Part shown: positions 1 to 10,463 of the stretch, piece by piece
Layout of the letters: the number at the start of each line of letters is the position of its first letter
How positions within the stretch are numbered: position 1 is the stretch's first letter
Made by a program: the position numbers and the translations under genes
Notes under the pieces: generated by a model
The model's input: the letters and a program-made list of their open reading frames with translations, nothing else
What the model was told of the DNA's origin: nothing
Databases searched by the model: none
Source: an uncultured Eubacteriales bacterium
Lineage (GTDB): Bacteria; Bacillota; Clostridia; Christensenellales; CAG-138
DNA length: 64,000 bases
Assembly: GCA_902786465.1 (NCBI GenBank)
Contig: CADACQ010000013.1
Coordinates: forward strand, 2,723-66,722
Direction of reading: 5' to 3'

Positions 1-457
1 ACTGGCGCACGACCATCAGCGTGGCCGCCGGAGCGGTGGCCGTGGCGATGGCGCCCAGAACGATGGTGGCCTCGATGGAGATCTTGTCGGGCATGGCAAA
101 ATGCAGGCCGATCAGCGCCAGGTCCACGAACAGCGTGGCTGTCAGGGCCTGACAGATGCCTACGATGACGGCCTGCTTGCCGATGGCTTTGAGCTGGGAA
201 AGCAGAAACTCGTTTCCGATGGAGAAGGCGATGAACCCCAGGGCCGCGTTGATGATCACAGAAAGGTTATCCACCTCGGCAGGGGTGGTGAAGCCGATGC
301 CTTCGATGCCCAAACGACCCAGGCAATGGGGCCCGACGATAAGGCCGGCGATCAAAAACGCCGTCACGTCCGGCAAATGGAGCCGAAGCATTTTGAACAC
401 GCGGGTCATCAGCAGCCCGATGAGCAATGCAATAGCCGCCGCGAGCATTTTTTCCAT
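1..457 (-). CDS. Cation:proton antiporter (CPA2/Kef-type), N-terminal part; runs off the window edge
   Basis: Not in the ORF track; translated by hand from ATG at 457 behind GGGAGG: MEKMLAAAIALLIGLLMTRVFKMLRLHLPDVTAFLIAGLIVGP...ALGFIAFSIGNEF...LGAIATATAPAATLMVVRQ, matching typical Na+/H+ exchanger TM motifs. Confidence 0.85.
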   Translation of the reverse strand, partial: MEKMLAAAIALLIGLLMTRVFKMLRLHLPDVTAFLIAGLIVGPHCLGRLGIEGIGFTTPAEVDNLSVIINAALGFIAFSIGNEFLLSQLKAIGKQAVIVGICQALTATLFVDLALIGLHFAMPDKISIEATIVLGAIATATAPAATLMVVRQ

Positions 458-556
458 ATATGATAAACCTCCCATTCACATCAAACAAGGGTGTATGATA
501 GCACGAAAAGAAATAAAGTCAAGAGCATAAATCTACTGCGAAAAGGGCAAAGCGGT

Positions 557-816
557 ATTTGACCTGCGCTTTGGCGCAGGCAGCAGCCCTCGATCGCTTG
601 CGTGTGAGCCGGGGTGGGATTTGACCTGCGCTGCGGCGCAGGCCATGGGCACGGCTCTGGATCGCCACTGGGGCTTCATTCACTACCGAACCCGTTCCCC
701 CAATTACTTGCGTGAAAGTCGGGGTGGGATTTGACCTGCGCTGCGGCGCAGGCCATGGGTTCGGCTCTGAAGCCCCACCGGGGCTTCATTCACTACCGAA
801 CCCGTTCAAATCCCAC
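557..816 (-). repeat. Tandem copies of a ~100-bp structured tRNA-associated element (full copy 721-816, degenerate copy 611-697, fragment 557-581)
   Basis: GGGGTGGGATTTGACCTGCGCTGCGGCGCAGGCCATGGG...CTTCATTCACTACCGAACCCGTTC repeats with a 110-bp period; a reverse-complement homolog lies at 32317-32418. Confidence 0.85.
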
Positions 817-827
817 AATTTCGGAGA

Positions 828-867
828 CAAGTTTAAAGGGAGGGTCGTAACCCTCCCTTTAAACTTG
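828..867 (-). terminator. Long hairpin directly 3' of tRNA-Ser(GCT), probable terminator
   Basis: CAAGTTTAAAGGGAGGG-tcgtaa-CCCTCCCTTTAAACTTG, 17-bp inverted repeat. Confidence 0.7.
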
Positions 868-958
868 GCGGAGAAAGTGGGATTTGAACCCACGCACCGG
901 TCATCCCAGTCTACTCCCTTAGCAGGGGAGCCCCTTATAGCCACTTGGGTATTTCTCC
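866..958 (-). tRNA. tRNA-Ser(GCT)
   Basis: Reverse complement GGAGAAATACCCAAGTGG...CTCCC-CT GCT AA-GGGAG, long variable arm, GGTTCAAATCC T-arm, encoded CCA. Confidence 0.96.
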
Positions 959-963
959 ATATA

Positions 964-1051
964 TGGCGGAGATGGTAGGATTCGAACCCACGGGCACTTG
1001 CATGCCGACGGTTTTCAAGACCGCTTCCTTAGACCACTCGGACACATCTCC
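964..1051 (-). tRNA. tRNA-Ser(TGA)
   Basis: Reverse complement GGAGATGTGTCCGAGTGG...GCGGT-CT TGA AA-ACCGT, long variable arm, GGTTCGAATCC, encoded CCA. Confidence 0.96.
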
Positions 1052-1124
1052 GTGCTTTCGATGCCCCCCGCTTCCGTTCGAAGGGAAGTATACCAAACCC
1101 CATTTGAATTGTCAATGGTGGTTT

Positions 1125-1961
1125 TCAGTATTCATCCACGCAGAAGCAGGGCCGGTCGGACGCCTTCATTTTTTGCCAAATATCCGCTGCAGCCAGCATG
1201 ACGTTTTGCGGAAGCACCTCCCCCGGGGCGTCTGCATCGGGCGGGAGCTTGGCGGATACCGGCTTTATGTCTGCTATGCGCTGCAGCTCGCAAAGGATAG
1301 GACCATATGCTCGAAGAGACAGTACCTCCTCCCCATAGACTTCCCCTTTATCGTAATAGATGCAGTAACCTGCGGTCTTCCCCCCATCCCTGAGTAAAAA
1401 GCCCATGGCGTCGTCCGCGGCGTAGTCCGCCATCTTCAGGCGGAACGCGTCCCGATCCCGGCGTACGAAGCCGGTATAGCGATCGGCCATGGCTGCATAG
1501 ACCCGAAAGGCTTCTTCCTCCGAAAAAGGAGCGATTTCCCCTTGTGCAAAGCTGCCTTCGCCCTGCCAGTATTTCATGAAGGTACTGGGTCGAAAGCCGA
1601 GATGAGCATAGGTCCCCTGCCGTTGGGGGTGATTGAACAGGGCATGGATGCCCCGTTTCTCCGCCTCTCCCTGCAGAAAGCGCATGGCAGCGTACATATG
1701 CCCCTTCCCCCGTTCTTCGGGTACCGTGGCCACGCCGGAGGTCATTAGGGCTGGGAAGGAGCCGTCCCCCAAGGACAGGTCCATTGGCGTGCCGTGGATG
1801 ACCGATATAAGTTGTCCATCAGTAAAGACGCCTGCAGACCATTCCGGCAGATACCGGTTCTCGAAGAACCAGTCCACGAAGGCAGGCGGATCGTCGAAGG
1901 TGCTCTGCCAGAGGGCTTTAGATTGTGCCCGGTCGTCCGCGGTTAGCAATCGGATCGTCAT
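1125..1961 (-). CDS. GNAT-family N-acetyltransferase (Eis-like N-terminus)
   Basis: Acetyl-CoA binding motif VATVPEERGKGHM and YAHLGF; start overlaps the rodA stop. Confidence 0.8.
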   Translation of the reverse strand: MTIRLLTADDRAQSKALWQSTFDDPPAFVDWFFENRYLPEWSAGVFTDGQLISVIHGTPMDLSLGDGSFPALMTSGVATVPEERGKGHMYAAMRFLQGEAEKRGIHALFNHPQRQGTYAHLGFRPSTFMKYWQGEGSFAQGEIAPFSEEEAFRVYAAMADRYTGFVRRDRDAFRLKMADYAADDAMGFLLRDGGKTAGYCIYYDKGEVYGEEVLSLRAYGPILCELQRIADIKPVSAKLPPDADAPGEVLPQNVMLAAADIWQKMKASDRPCFCVDEY

Positions 1962-3127
1962 GTGATCTGCCCCCGGTTATAGGCCCGATAGTTCACCGAC
2001 AGCACTATGGCCACAGTCACCAGCGTTGCCATGATGTTGCTGCCGCCGTAGCTGATGAGGGGCAGCGGGATGCCGGTCACGGGCATGAGGCCCATGTTCA
2101 TACCGATGTTTTCGAACACGTGGAAGCCCATCATGGCCACCGTGCCCACGCAAAGGCAGCGCCCGAACATATCCTTGGACCGCCGTGCCACCAGCAATAT
2201 GCGCAGCAGAAGCAGGAAGAACAGCAGGATCAAAATGGCGGCGCCTACGAACCCCAGTCCCTCGGCTATGCTGGAGAAGATGAAGTCCGTTTGCCGCTCG
2301 GGCACGTACTTCTTTTGGGACAGGGTGCCCACAGAAAAGTATCCCTTGCCGAACAGACCGCCGGAGCCCACCAGCTCCTTGGAACGAAGCACGTTGTAAC
2401 CGTCGCCCTCCAGATCCAGCGTGGGGTCCAGAAAAACGCGTATGCGGGCCTTCTGATCGTTGGTCAACAGGTATCGATAGATGATGGGCAGACTGATCAC
2501 CGTGGCCGCGCCGCCCCCCAGGATGTAGAGCCAGCTGATCCTGGCGGCGAACACCACGCCGATAAAGATCACGGCAAAGACCATGGCCGTGCCGAAATCC
2601 GGCTGCATCATGACCAGGCCGAAGGGGATGGCGAAGATAATCACCGCCTGCAGCACGTCCCAAAAATTATTGAAATGGCCCCGGCGGTCATAGCACTCCG
2701 AAACGAACTTAGAGAGCGCCACCAGCAGGACCACCTTGCCCAGCTCTGAAGGTTGGAAGGATCGGGAGGTTCCGATCTTGTACCAACCGAACACGCCGCG
2801 AGTGTTCACCTTGACCACCAGCAACAGCACCAGCAGGGCACAGATAACCAGATAAGCCATCTTGACGAAGGGCTTATACTTATCGTAATCGAGAAAGGCG
2901 ATGGGCACGGCTACGACCAGGGAGATGAGGATGCTGACCAACTGCCGGTTGAAATATTCGAGATTCAAGCGGCTCAAAAAGCCTTCCAGGCCTACCTCCG
3001 TGCCGTCGAAAGGATCGGAAAGCACGTTGAGCAGAGAGACAAGGCCAAAAAGGAGCAGCACCGTCACCAGCAAAATGATGACGATGTCCACGCCTTTGGT
3101 TTGTTTGGTCTTGCCAGACTTAGCCAT
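1958..3127 (-). CDS. rodA: FtsW/RodA/SpoVE family SEDS peptidoglycan glycosyltransferase
   Basis: SFQPSELGK, QPDFGT, VPERQTDFIFS, GIPLPLISYGGS motifs; multiple TM helices; start taken at MAKSGK. Confidence 0.85.
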   Translation of the reverse strand: MAKSGKTKQTKGVDIVIILLVTVLLLFGLVSLLNVLSDPFDGTEVGLEGFLSRLNLEYFNRQLVSILISLVVAVPIAFLDYDKYKPFVKMAYLVICALLVLLLVVKVNTRGVFGWYKIGTSRSFQPSELGKVVLLVALSKFVSECYDRRGHFNNFWDVLQAVIIFAIPFGLVMMQPDFGTAMVFAVIFIGVVFAARISWLYILGGGAATVISLPIIYRYLLTNDQKARIRVFLDPTLDLEGDGYNVLRSKELVGSGGLFGKGYFSVGTLSQKKYVPERQTDFIFSSIAEGLGFVGAAILILLFFLLLLRILLVARRSKDMFGRCLCVGTVAMMGFHVFENIGMNMGLMPVTGIPLPLISYGGSNIMATLVTVAIVLSVNYRAYNRGQIT

Positions 3128-3209
3128 TTTACAGGTTGTACGCCGGGTCCTCCGCGGGCCGGGCAGCATCTTGGTAAGGCTTCATACCAACACCTCAAAC
3201 TTGTACTTC

Positions 3210-4022
3210 TCAAAGGTCACAAAGGACGGAACGTACGGATTCGTAGGACGCTTTCAGTTCGGCGAGGCCGGAATACATGTCGCTGTACACCTCCACGAAG
3301 GCGGGGCCTCTGTACCCCTTCTTCACCATGGCGGTCCCCAGGGCCCTGAAGTCGCATTGGCCCTTGCCGGGCATCTTCAAAGACAGCTTCCCGGCTTCGT
3401 CGAAGGCGTAGTCGCACAGATGCCAGTTCTCCAAGTCCTCCCCCACCGCCTCCACGAAGGCGAAGGGGTCCTCACCGGAACGAACGGCTTGCTTGATGTC
3501 CAGTACGAACTTCAGCCGCCCATCCCCCAGTCGCCGCCGCAGCTCTGCGCCGAAGGCTGGGGCGTGGAAGAAGCACCAGCTCACGTTTTCCAGGCACAGG
3601 GTGATTCCGTACTCCGCCGCCACATCGAGGAGCTCCCGGAAGACGGGGACGATCCGCTCAAACTCCAGGTTCTTGGCCGTGCCGCCCAGGTGTGGGGACC
3701 CGTGCATCACGTAGTGGCTGGCGCCCAGGATCCGCCCGGCGTTCAGGGCGTCCCGGTACACGGAGAAGGCGTCCGCCTTCTGCCGGGGATGGATGGAAAA
3801 GAGCTGTGCTTCGAACTGGTTGCTCATGGGATGGACGCTGTATACGCTGAGTCCTGCGTCGTCGATGCGGCTTCTCAGCAAGCGCACGAAGTCCGGCCGG
3901 TACTCGGAGAAGGTGTTGAGGAACACCTCGATCCGCTGGCAACCCATAGGCGAAAGCATGGCGGGGATGTCCTCCACCATGGCTTTGTTGAATATGCTTG
4001 CTGTGGAAACGCCAACGTCCAT
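3210..4022 (-). CDS. Sugar phosphate isomerase/epimerase (xylose isomerase-like TIM barrel)
   Basis: CLENV, VLDIKQ, WHLCD, PGKGQCDF, FVEVY metal-binding motifs; start taken at MDVGVSTAS. Confidence 0.8.
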   Translation of the reverse strand: MDVGVSTASIFNKAMVEDIPAMLSPMGCQRIEVFLNTFSEYRPDFVRLLRSRIDDAGLSVYSVHPMSNQFEAQLFSIHPRQKADAFSVYRDALNAGRILGASHYVMHGSPHLGGTAKNLEFERIVPVFRELLDVAAEYGITLCLENVSWCFFHAPAFGAELRRRLGDGRLKFVLDIKQAVRSGEDPFAFVEAVGEDLENWHLCDYAFDEAGKLSLKMPGKGQCDFRALGTAMVKKGYRGPAFVEVYSDMYSGLAELKASYESVRSVLCDL

Positions 4023-4056
4023 GCTGTTTTTCGGTATGATCCAAATAAAAATGTAA

Positions 4057-4400
4057 CGAGCAAGCAGTAAGCCGAGTTCTGTCACAGGTTTCCCTGCGGA
4101 CGATTATCTATCTGAGGCCGGCTGTTGCCAGACGGCTCATGCGATTATCAGGAGCGCAGCGGGCCGCTGTTGAATGCTCCCATTCCAATCTTGCACCGGG
4201 TGGGGTTTACATGGCCGATCCGTCGCCGGACCGCCGGTGAGCTCTTGCCTCGCCTTTCCATCCTTGCCTGCCGAAGCGGGCGGTTTATTTCTGTTGCACT
4301 TTCCCTGATGTCGCCATCGCCGGGTGTTACCCGGCACCCTGCCCTGCGGTGCTCGGACTTTCCTCAGCCCTTGAGGGGCCGCAATCGTCTTGCTTACTCG
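4057..4400 (-). ncRNA. rnpB: RNase P RNA
   Basis: Reverse complement contains GAGGAAAGTCC near the 5' end and ACAGAACTCGGCTTAC near the 3' end; P1 ends are complementary (CGAGTAAGCA / TGCTTGCTCG); located after the nif3-Zn ribbon genes. Confidence 0.96.
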
Positions 4401-4414
4401 TTACAATCCTGAAC

Positions 4415-5134
4415 CTATTTCTGATAATACAGTATCCGGCCGCAATTCTCGCATTCCAGCACTGTTTCCTGGCTGGTCAGCTTCTTGATGACCGCCATGG
4501 GGATGGACATGTTGCAGCCGCTGCATTTTTCGTTGACCACCGGGACCACCGGCATGCTGTGATGGACCCGAGCCTTCTTATATTTTGCGAGGAACGTGGG
4601 GTCCACCTGCCGCTCCACCGTCTCCATCTCCTTGGTGGCGGCCGATATGCTGGCGGCGCTCTCATTCTTCTCCACCTCGCACACCGCCTTGAGACGATCA
4701 TACTCCTTCTTGGCTCTGCCGCCCAGGGAACGGGCTTTCTGGAAATCGTTGGAGATGCGCTCCAGCTGTTCCAGCAGCGCCTTCACGTCCTTCTCCAGCC
4801 GTCCAAGCTCCCGATTGAGCCGTTCCACATCCTGACGGAATTCGGTGAGTTCCTCGGCGGTCACCTCTTCGTCAGCTTCCAAGGTCTCCATCTCCGAACG
4901 GTTCAGTTCCAGCTCGTGGGTCAGGCTGTCCTGCTGGGAAAGGAGCTTCGCAAGGGCGTTCTGCTGGCCCTCGGCCTCCTCCGTCAGCTTCTGGATGGCG
5001 GTCTGCTGCTCCCGCAGAAGCTTGGTGATCTTGTTCAGCTTTTGGCGGCTCTCCGTGGTGCGGAGACTGTTTTCCAGCTGCTGCTTCTTGAGATCAGCCT
5101 TCTGATACATGAGCAGGTATTCAAGTTTCGTCAT
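4415..5134 (-). CDS. Coiled-coil protein with C-terminal C4 zinc ribbon (DUF164-like)
   Basis: Long heptad region, then CSGCNM...CENCGRILY. Confidence 0.9.
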   Translation of the reverse strand: MTKLEYLLMYQKADLKKQQLENSLRTTESRQKLNKITKLLREQQTAIQKLTEEAEGQQNALAKLLSQQDSLTHELELNRSEMETLEADEEVTAEELTEFRQDVERLNRELGRLEKDVKALLEQLERISNDFQKARSLGGRAKKEYDRLKAVCEVEKNESAASISAATKEMETVERQVDPTFLAKYKKARVHHSMPVVPVVNEKCSGCNMSIPMAVIKKLTSQETVLECENCGRILYYQK

Positions 5135-5147
5135 AGGGTACCTCCTT

Positions 5148-5902
5148 TCAGGAGAATTGCAAAGGAGCCTTCTCCCGAAGCGTTATAGTATATTGTACAT
5201 CAGGCGCGAGCATTTGTAAACGGTCCCGCAAAGATTTCAGCACCACCTGCTCCGTTTCGTAGTGGCCGCAGAGGATCAGGGGGAGCTTCCGTTCCCAGGA
5301 TTCCAAAATATCGTGGTGCTTGGCCTCGCCGGTAAGGTAGGCCTCCGCCCCGGCTTCCTGGGCATATCCGATATCACCGCCGCCGGACCCGCCCAGGACC
5401 GCCACCCGAGAGACGAGCTGGTCCCCGTTTCCGGTATATCCTCCGTGGCTGTCCAATAGCCGGTTGCATCGGGCCGCCAGCTTAGAAAGCTTCATGGGTG
5501 CAGGCAAGGTCCCCACCCGGCCGATGTTTTCCGGAGGGATGGGCGCCACGTCCCGAAGGCCCAGCAGATCGGCCAGGGTGTCGTTCACCCCGCCCTCCGC
5601 TGCGTCCAGATTGGTGTGGGCGGCAAAATGTCCGATGCCGTGGCGCAGGAGCAGGGCCGCTGCCCCGGTGACGGGCGACGAGAAGCCGATGCTCTTCACC
5701 CCGTGGAAGAACTGGGGATGATGGGTGATCAGAAGATCTGCCCCCAGGTCCACGGCCTCCTGGGCCGTGACGGTGGTGCAGTCCAACGCAAGCAGCACTC
5801 TCTTTATCTCGGTGTGGTCCGGCTCCACCAGCAGGCCCACGTTGTCGAAGTCCAGGGCCAAGGCCCGGGGCACGATCCTTTCCATGCAAGCGCAAAACTC
5901 TC

Positions 5903-5912
<10 letters not shown>
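5148..5912 (-). CDS. Nif3-like dinuclear metal-centre protein
   Basis: DNVGLL, ITHHP, HTNLD, GEAKHH, GHYETE motifs. Confidence 0.93.
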
Positions 5913-7755
<1,843 letters not shown>

Positions 7756-7790
7756 CTAAAATCAATTCTGCCGCGTAAAACGGCGATCCC

Positions 7791-7991
7791 TCAGACGCCG
7801 CAGCCCCGGCCGATGGTGCCGGAGTTGCCGCAGCCGCAGCCACAGCCCATGTTGTCGTCGTTGCCGCAGTACCGGGACAGGAGCAGCAGCCAGATCAGCG
7901 TATCGCAGCTGGCGCAGCCCCCGTTGCCGCCTTCGCCCAGGATGAGCAGAAGGACCAGGACCCACATCATGTTATTGTTGCCGAAGTTCAT
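7791..7991 (-). CDS. Small Cys/Gly-rich hydrophobic protein (clostridial high-cysteine type)
   Basis: Strong RBS AAGGAGGT; 66 aa with two hydrophobic stretches and CASC / GCGCGCG. Confidence 0.7.
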   Translation of the reverse strand: MNFGNNNMMWVLVLLLILGEGGNGGCASCDTLIWLLLLSRYCGNDDNMGCGCGCGNSGTIGRGCGV

Positions 7992-8091
7992 GCTTCCTAC
8001 CTCCTTATTTTCAGGCGCTCCAGGCGCCCGTATACATCATAGTACGTTCTTTCGCGCCATTTTGTGCCTGGGGCGGAAAGGGGCCTTTTCC

Positions 8092-8119
8092 TTGACAAAT
8101 CGGACCGGCCGCATATAAT
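8092..8119 (+). promoter_or_regulatory. SigA promoter of glyQS
   Basis: TTGACA-N16-TATAAT. Confidence 0.75.
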
Positions 8120-8159
8120 GGAAAGGAAATACTGTGCCCAGAAGGAAAAGGAGGGCAAT

Positions 8160-9551
8160 ATGAGCGAATTGACGATGGATAAACTGGTTTCCCTGTGCAA
8201 AGGCAGAGGCTTCATCTTTGCGGGGAGCGAGATATACGGGGGCCTCGCCAACACCTGGGACTACGGTCCCCTTGGCGTGGAGCTGAAGAACAACATCAAG
8301 AAGGCCTGGTGGAAGAAGTTCGTCCAGGAGAGCCCCTACAACGTGGGCCTGGACGCCGCCATTTTGATGAACCCCCAGACCTGGCAGGCTTCCGGCCACC
8401 TGGGCGGCTTTGCCGACCCCCTCATGGACTGCCGGGAGTGCAAGGAGCGCTTCCGCGCCGACAAGCTCATCGAGGACTGGGCGGTTGAGCACGGCGTGAC
8501 CCTCGATAAGCCCCTGGACGCCTTCTCCCAGGCGGAGATGAAAGCCTTCATCGAGGACAACAACATCCCCTGCCCCTCCTGCGGCAAGCACAACTTTACG
8601 GACATCCGGCAGTTCAACCTGATGTTCAAGACCTTCCAGGGCGTCACCGAGGACGCCAAGAACACCGTATACCTGCGCCCCGAGACGGCCCAGGGCATCT
8701 TCGTGAACTTTGCCAACGTCCAGCGGACCACCCGCAAAAAGCTCCCCTTCGGCATCGGCCAGATCGGCAAGTCCTTCCGCAACGAGATCACCCCGGGCAA
8801 CTTCATCTTCCGGGTCCGGGAGTTCGAGCAAATGGAGCTGGAGTTCTTCTGCGAGCCGGGCACCGATCTTGAGTGGTTCGACTACTGGCGTTCCTACTGC
8901 CACAACTTCCTCCTGTCCCTGGGCATGAAGGACGAGAATCTGCGGCTCCGTGACCATGATCCCGAGGAGCTGTGCTTCTATTCCAAGGCCACCACGGACT
9001 TCGAATTCCGCTTCCCCTTCGGCTGGGGCGAGCTTTGGGGCGTGGCTGATCGGACCGATTACGACCTGACCCAGCATCAAAACGCCTCCGGCAAGGATCT
9101 GAGTTACTTCGACACTGAGAAGAACGCCCGGTATATCCCCTACGTCATCGAGCCCTCTTTGGGCGTGGAGCGCACCTTCCTGGCGGTGATGTGCAACGCC
9201 TACGAGGAGCAGGAGCTCGATAAGGGCGACGTGCGGGTGGTGCTGCACCTGCATCCGGCCTTGGCCCCCTTCAAGGCGGCGGTGCTGCCGCTGAGCAAGA
9301 AGCTGGGCGAGCAGGCCTCCGCCATCCACGCGGAGCTATCGAAGTGGTTCCCCGTGGACTACGACGAGACCGGCTCCATCGGCAAGCGCTATCGCCGGGA
9401 GGACGAGATCGGCACCCCCATGTGCATCACCTACGACTTCGATTCCGAAGCGGACCACTGCGTCACCGTCCGGGATCGGGACACCATGGAGCAGGTCCGC
9501 CTGCCCATCGACCAGCTCAAGAGCTACATCGAGAGCAAGCTGGCCTTTTAA
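8160..9551 (+). CDS. glyQS: Glycine--tRNA ligase (homodimeric type)
   Basis: [54 protein letters not shown]; RBS AAGGAGG. Confidence 0.97.
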   Translation: MSELTMDKLVSLCKGRGFIFAGSEIYGGLANTWDYGPLGVELKNNIKKAWWKKFVQESPYNVGLDAAILMNPQTWQASGHLGGFADPLMDCRECKERFRADKLIEDWAVEHGVTLDKPLDAFSQAEMKAFIEDNNIPCPSCGKHNFTDIRQFNLMFKTFQGVTEDAKNTVYLRPETAQGIFVNFANVQRTTRKKLPFGIGQIGKSFRNEITPGNFIFRVREFEQMELEFFCEPGTDLEWFDYWRSYCHNFLLSLGMKDENLRLRDHDPEELCFYSKATTDFEFRFPFGWGELWGVADRTDYDLTQHQNASGKDLSYFDTEKNARYIPYVIEPSLGVERTFLAVMCNAYEEQELDKGDVRVVLHLHPALAPFKAAVLPLSKKLGEQASAIHAELSKWFPVDYDETGSIGKRYRREDEIGTPMCITYDFDSEADHCVTVRDRDTMEQVRLPIDQLKSYIESKLAF

Positions 9552-9567
9552 GAGAAGCACCCTCGCC

Positions 9568-9598
9568 GTGCCCGCCCACAGAGGGCGGGCACCTGTTT
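9568..9598 (+). terminator. Hairpin after glyQS
   Basis: GTGCCCGCCC-acaga-GGGCGGGCAC followed by CTGTTT. Confidence 0.55.
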
Positions 9599-9610
9599 GA
9601 AAGGAGTTTT

Positions 9611-10462
9611 ATGGCGTTTTTGGAACTGGTATGGGACGTGTTCTATGAGGATTGCCTGATCCTCTTTCCCATCCTGTTTTTGACCTTCTTCTTTATCGAA
9701 TACCTGGAGCACCGGGCCGGGGAGAGGTTCTTGCGCCGTGTCGAAAAAGCGGAAAAGACCGGGCCCCTGTGGGGTGCCCTCATCGGATGCGTGCCTCAGT
9801 GCGGGTTCAGCGTGTCCTGCGCCCACCTGTTCAACGGGGGCATCGTCACCGCGGGCACCCTCATCGCCGTGTTCCTCTCCACCTCCGACGAAGCCCTGCC
9901 CGTGCTCCTCTCCCATCGGAGCGCCCTGCCCGTCATCTGGAAGCTACTCCTCGTGAAGGTGCTCCTGGCAGTGATCGCGGGCTACGCCGTAGACCTTATC
10001 TGGAAGCGGGAGCAGCAGCGCGAGAGCTTCGCGAAAAAGAACATCGAGCACGAGTGCCACATTAAGGAGAGCTCCATCGGCGAGCTTGTCTGGGAAGCCT
10101 TCAAGCGCACCTTGGAGGTGTGGGCAGCCCTGTTCGTCGTGTCCATCGTGCTGACCTTCGTCATGGAACGGGTGCCCAAGGAGAGCATCCAGCGGTTCCT
10201 GCTCAGCGGCTTTTTCCAGCCCTTCCTGGCCGCCCTGTTCGGCTTCATCCCCAACTGCGCTGTGTCCGTGGTGCTGGTGGAGCTGTACCTCTCGGACCTC
10301 ATCAGCTTCGGCGCGGTGGTGGCCGGCCTCTCCTCGGCGGCGGGCCTGGGCATCCTGGCCCTGCTGCGGGGCAAGCGGGGCGTGAAGACTTACGCCGCCA
10401 TCCTGGCGGTTTGCTACCTGGCCGCCTCCCTGGCCGGGACCTTGATCCAGCTTTTGGAGTGA
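9611..10462 (+). CDS. Putative metal (Mn/arsenic-efflux-type) membrane permease
   Basis: Duplicated GxxPQCGFSV / GFIPNCAVSV motifs, STSDEALP, many TM helices; RBS AAGGAG. Confidence 0.75.
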   Translation: MAFLELVWDVFYEDCLILFPILFLTFFFIEYLEHRAGERFLRRVEKAEKTGPLWGALIGCVPQCGFSVSCAHLFNGGIVTAGTLIAVFLSTSDEALPVLLSHRSALPVIWKLLLVKVLLAVIAGYAVDLIWKREQQRESFAKKNIEHECHIKESSIGELVWEAFKRTLEVWAALFVVSIVLTFVMERVPKESIQRFLLSGFFQPFLAALFGFIPNCAVSVVLVELYLSDLISFGAVVAGLSSAAGLGILALLRGKRGVKTYAAILAVCYLAASLAGTLIQLLE

Positions 10463-10463
10463 T

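Noticed and set aside
557-816. Possible CRISPR array
   Set aside because: Units are ~100 bp structured repeats without unique spacers, and there are no cas genes in the window
1081-1100. Recurrent GGGAAGTATACCA motif (also ~7733 and ~21154) as a regulator site
   Set aside because: Explained as the reverse complement of extended -10 elements (TGnTATACT) of minus-strand promoters
712-1397. Short ORFs overlapping the tRNA genes and repeats (also 32154-32567 and 4125-4412)
   Set aside because: They overlap tRNA or RNase P genes and have no protein features
8092-8160. T-box leaders upstream of glyQS (and of cysS at 16791-16854)
   Set aside because: Consensus promoters lie only ~35-40 nt from the start codons, leaving no room for a T-box
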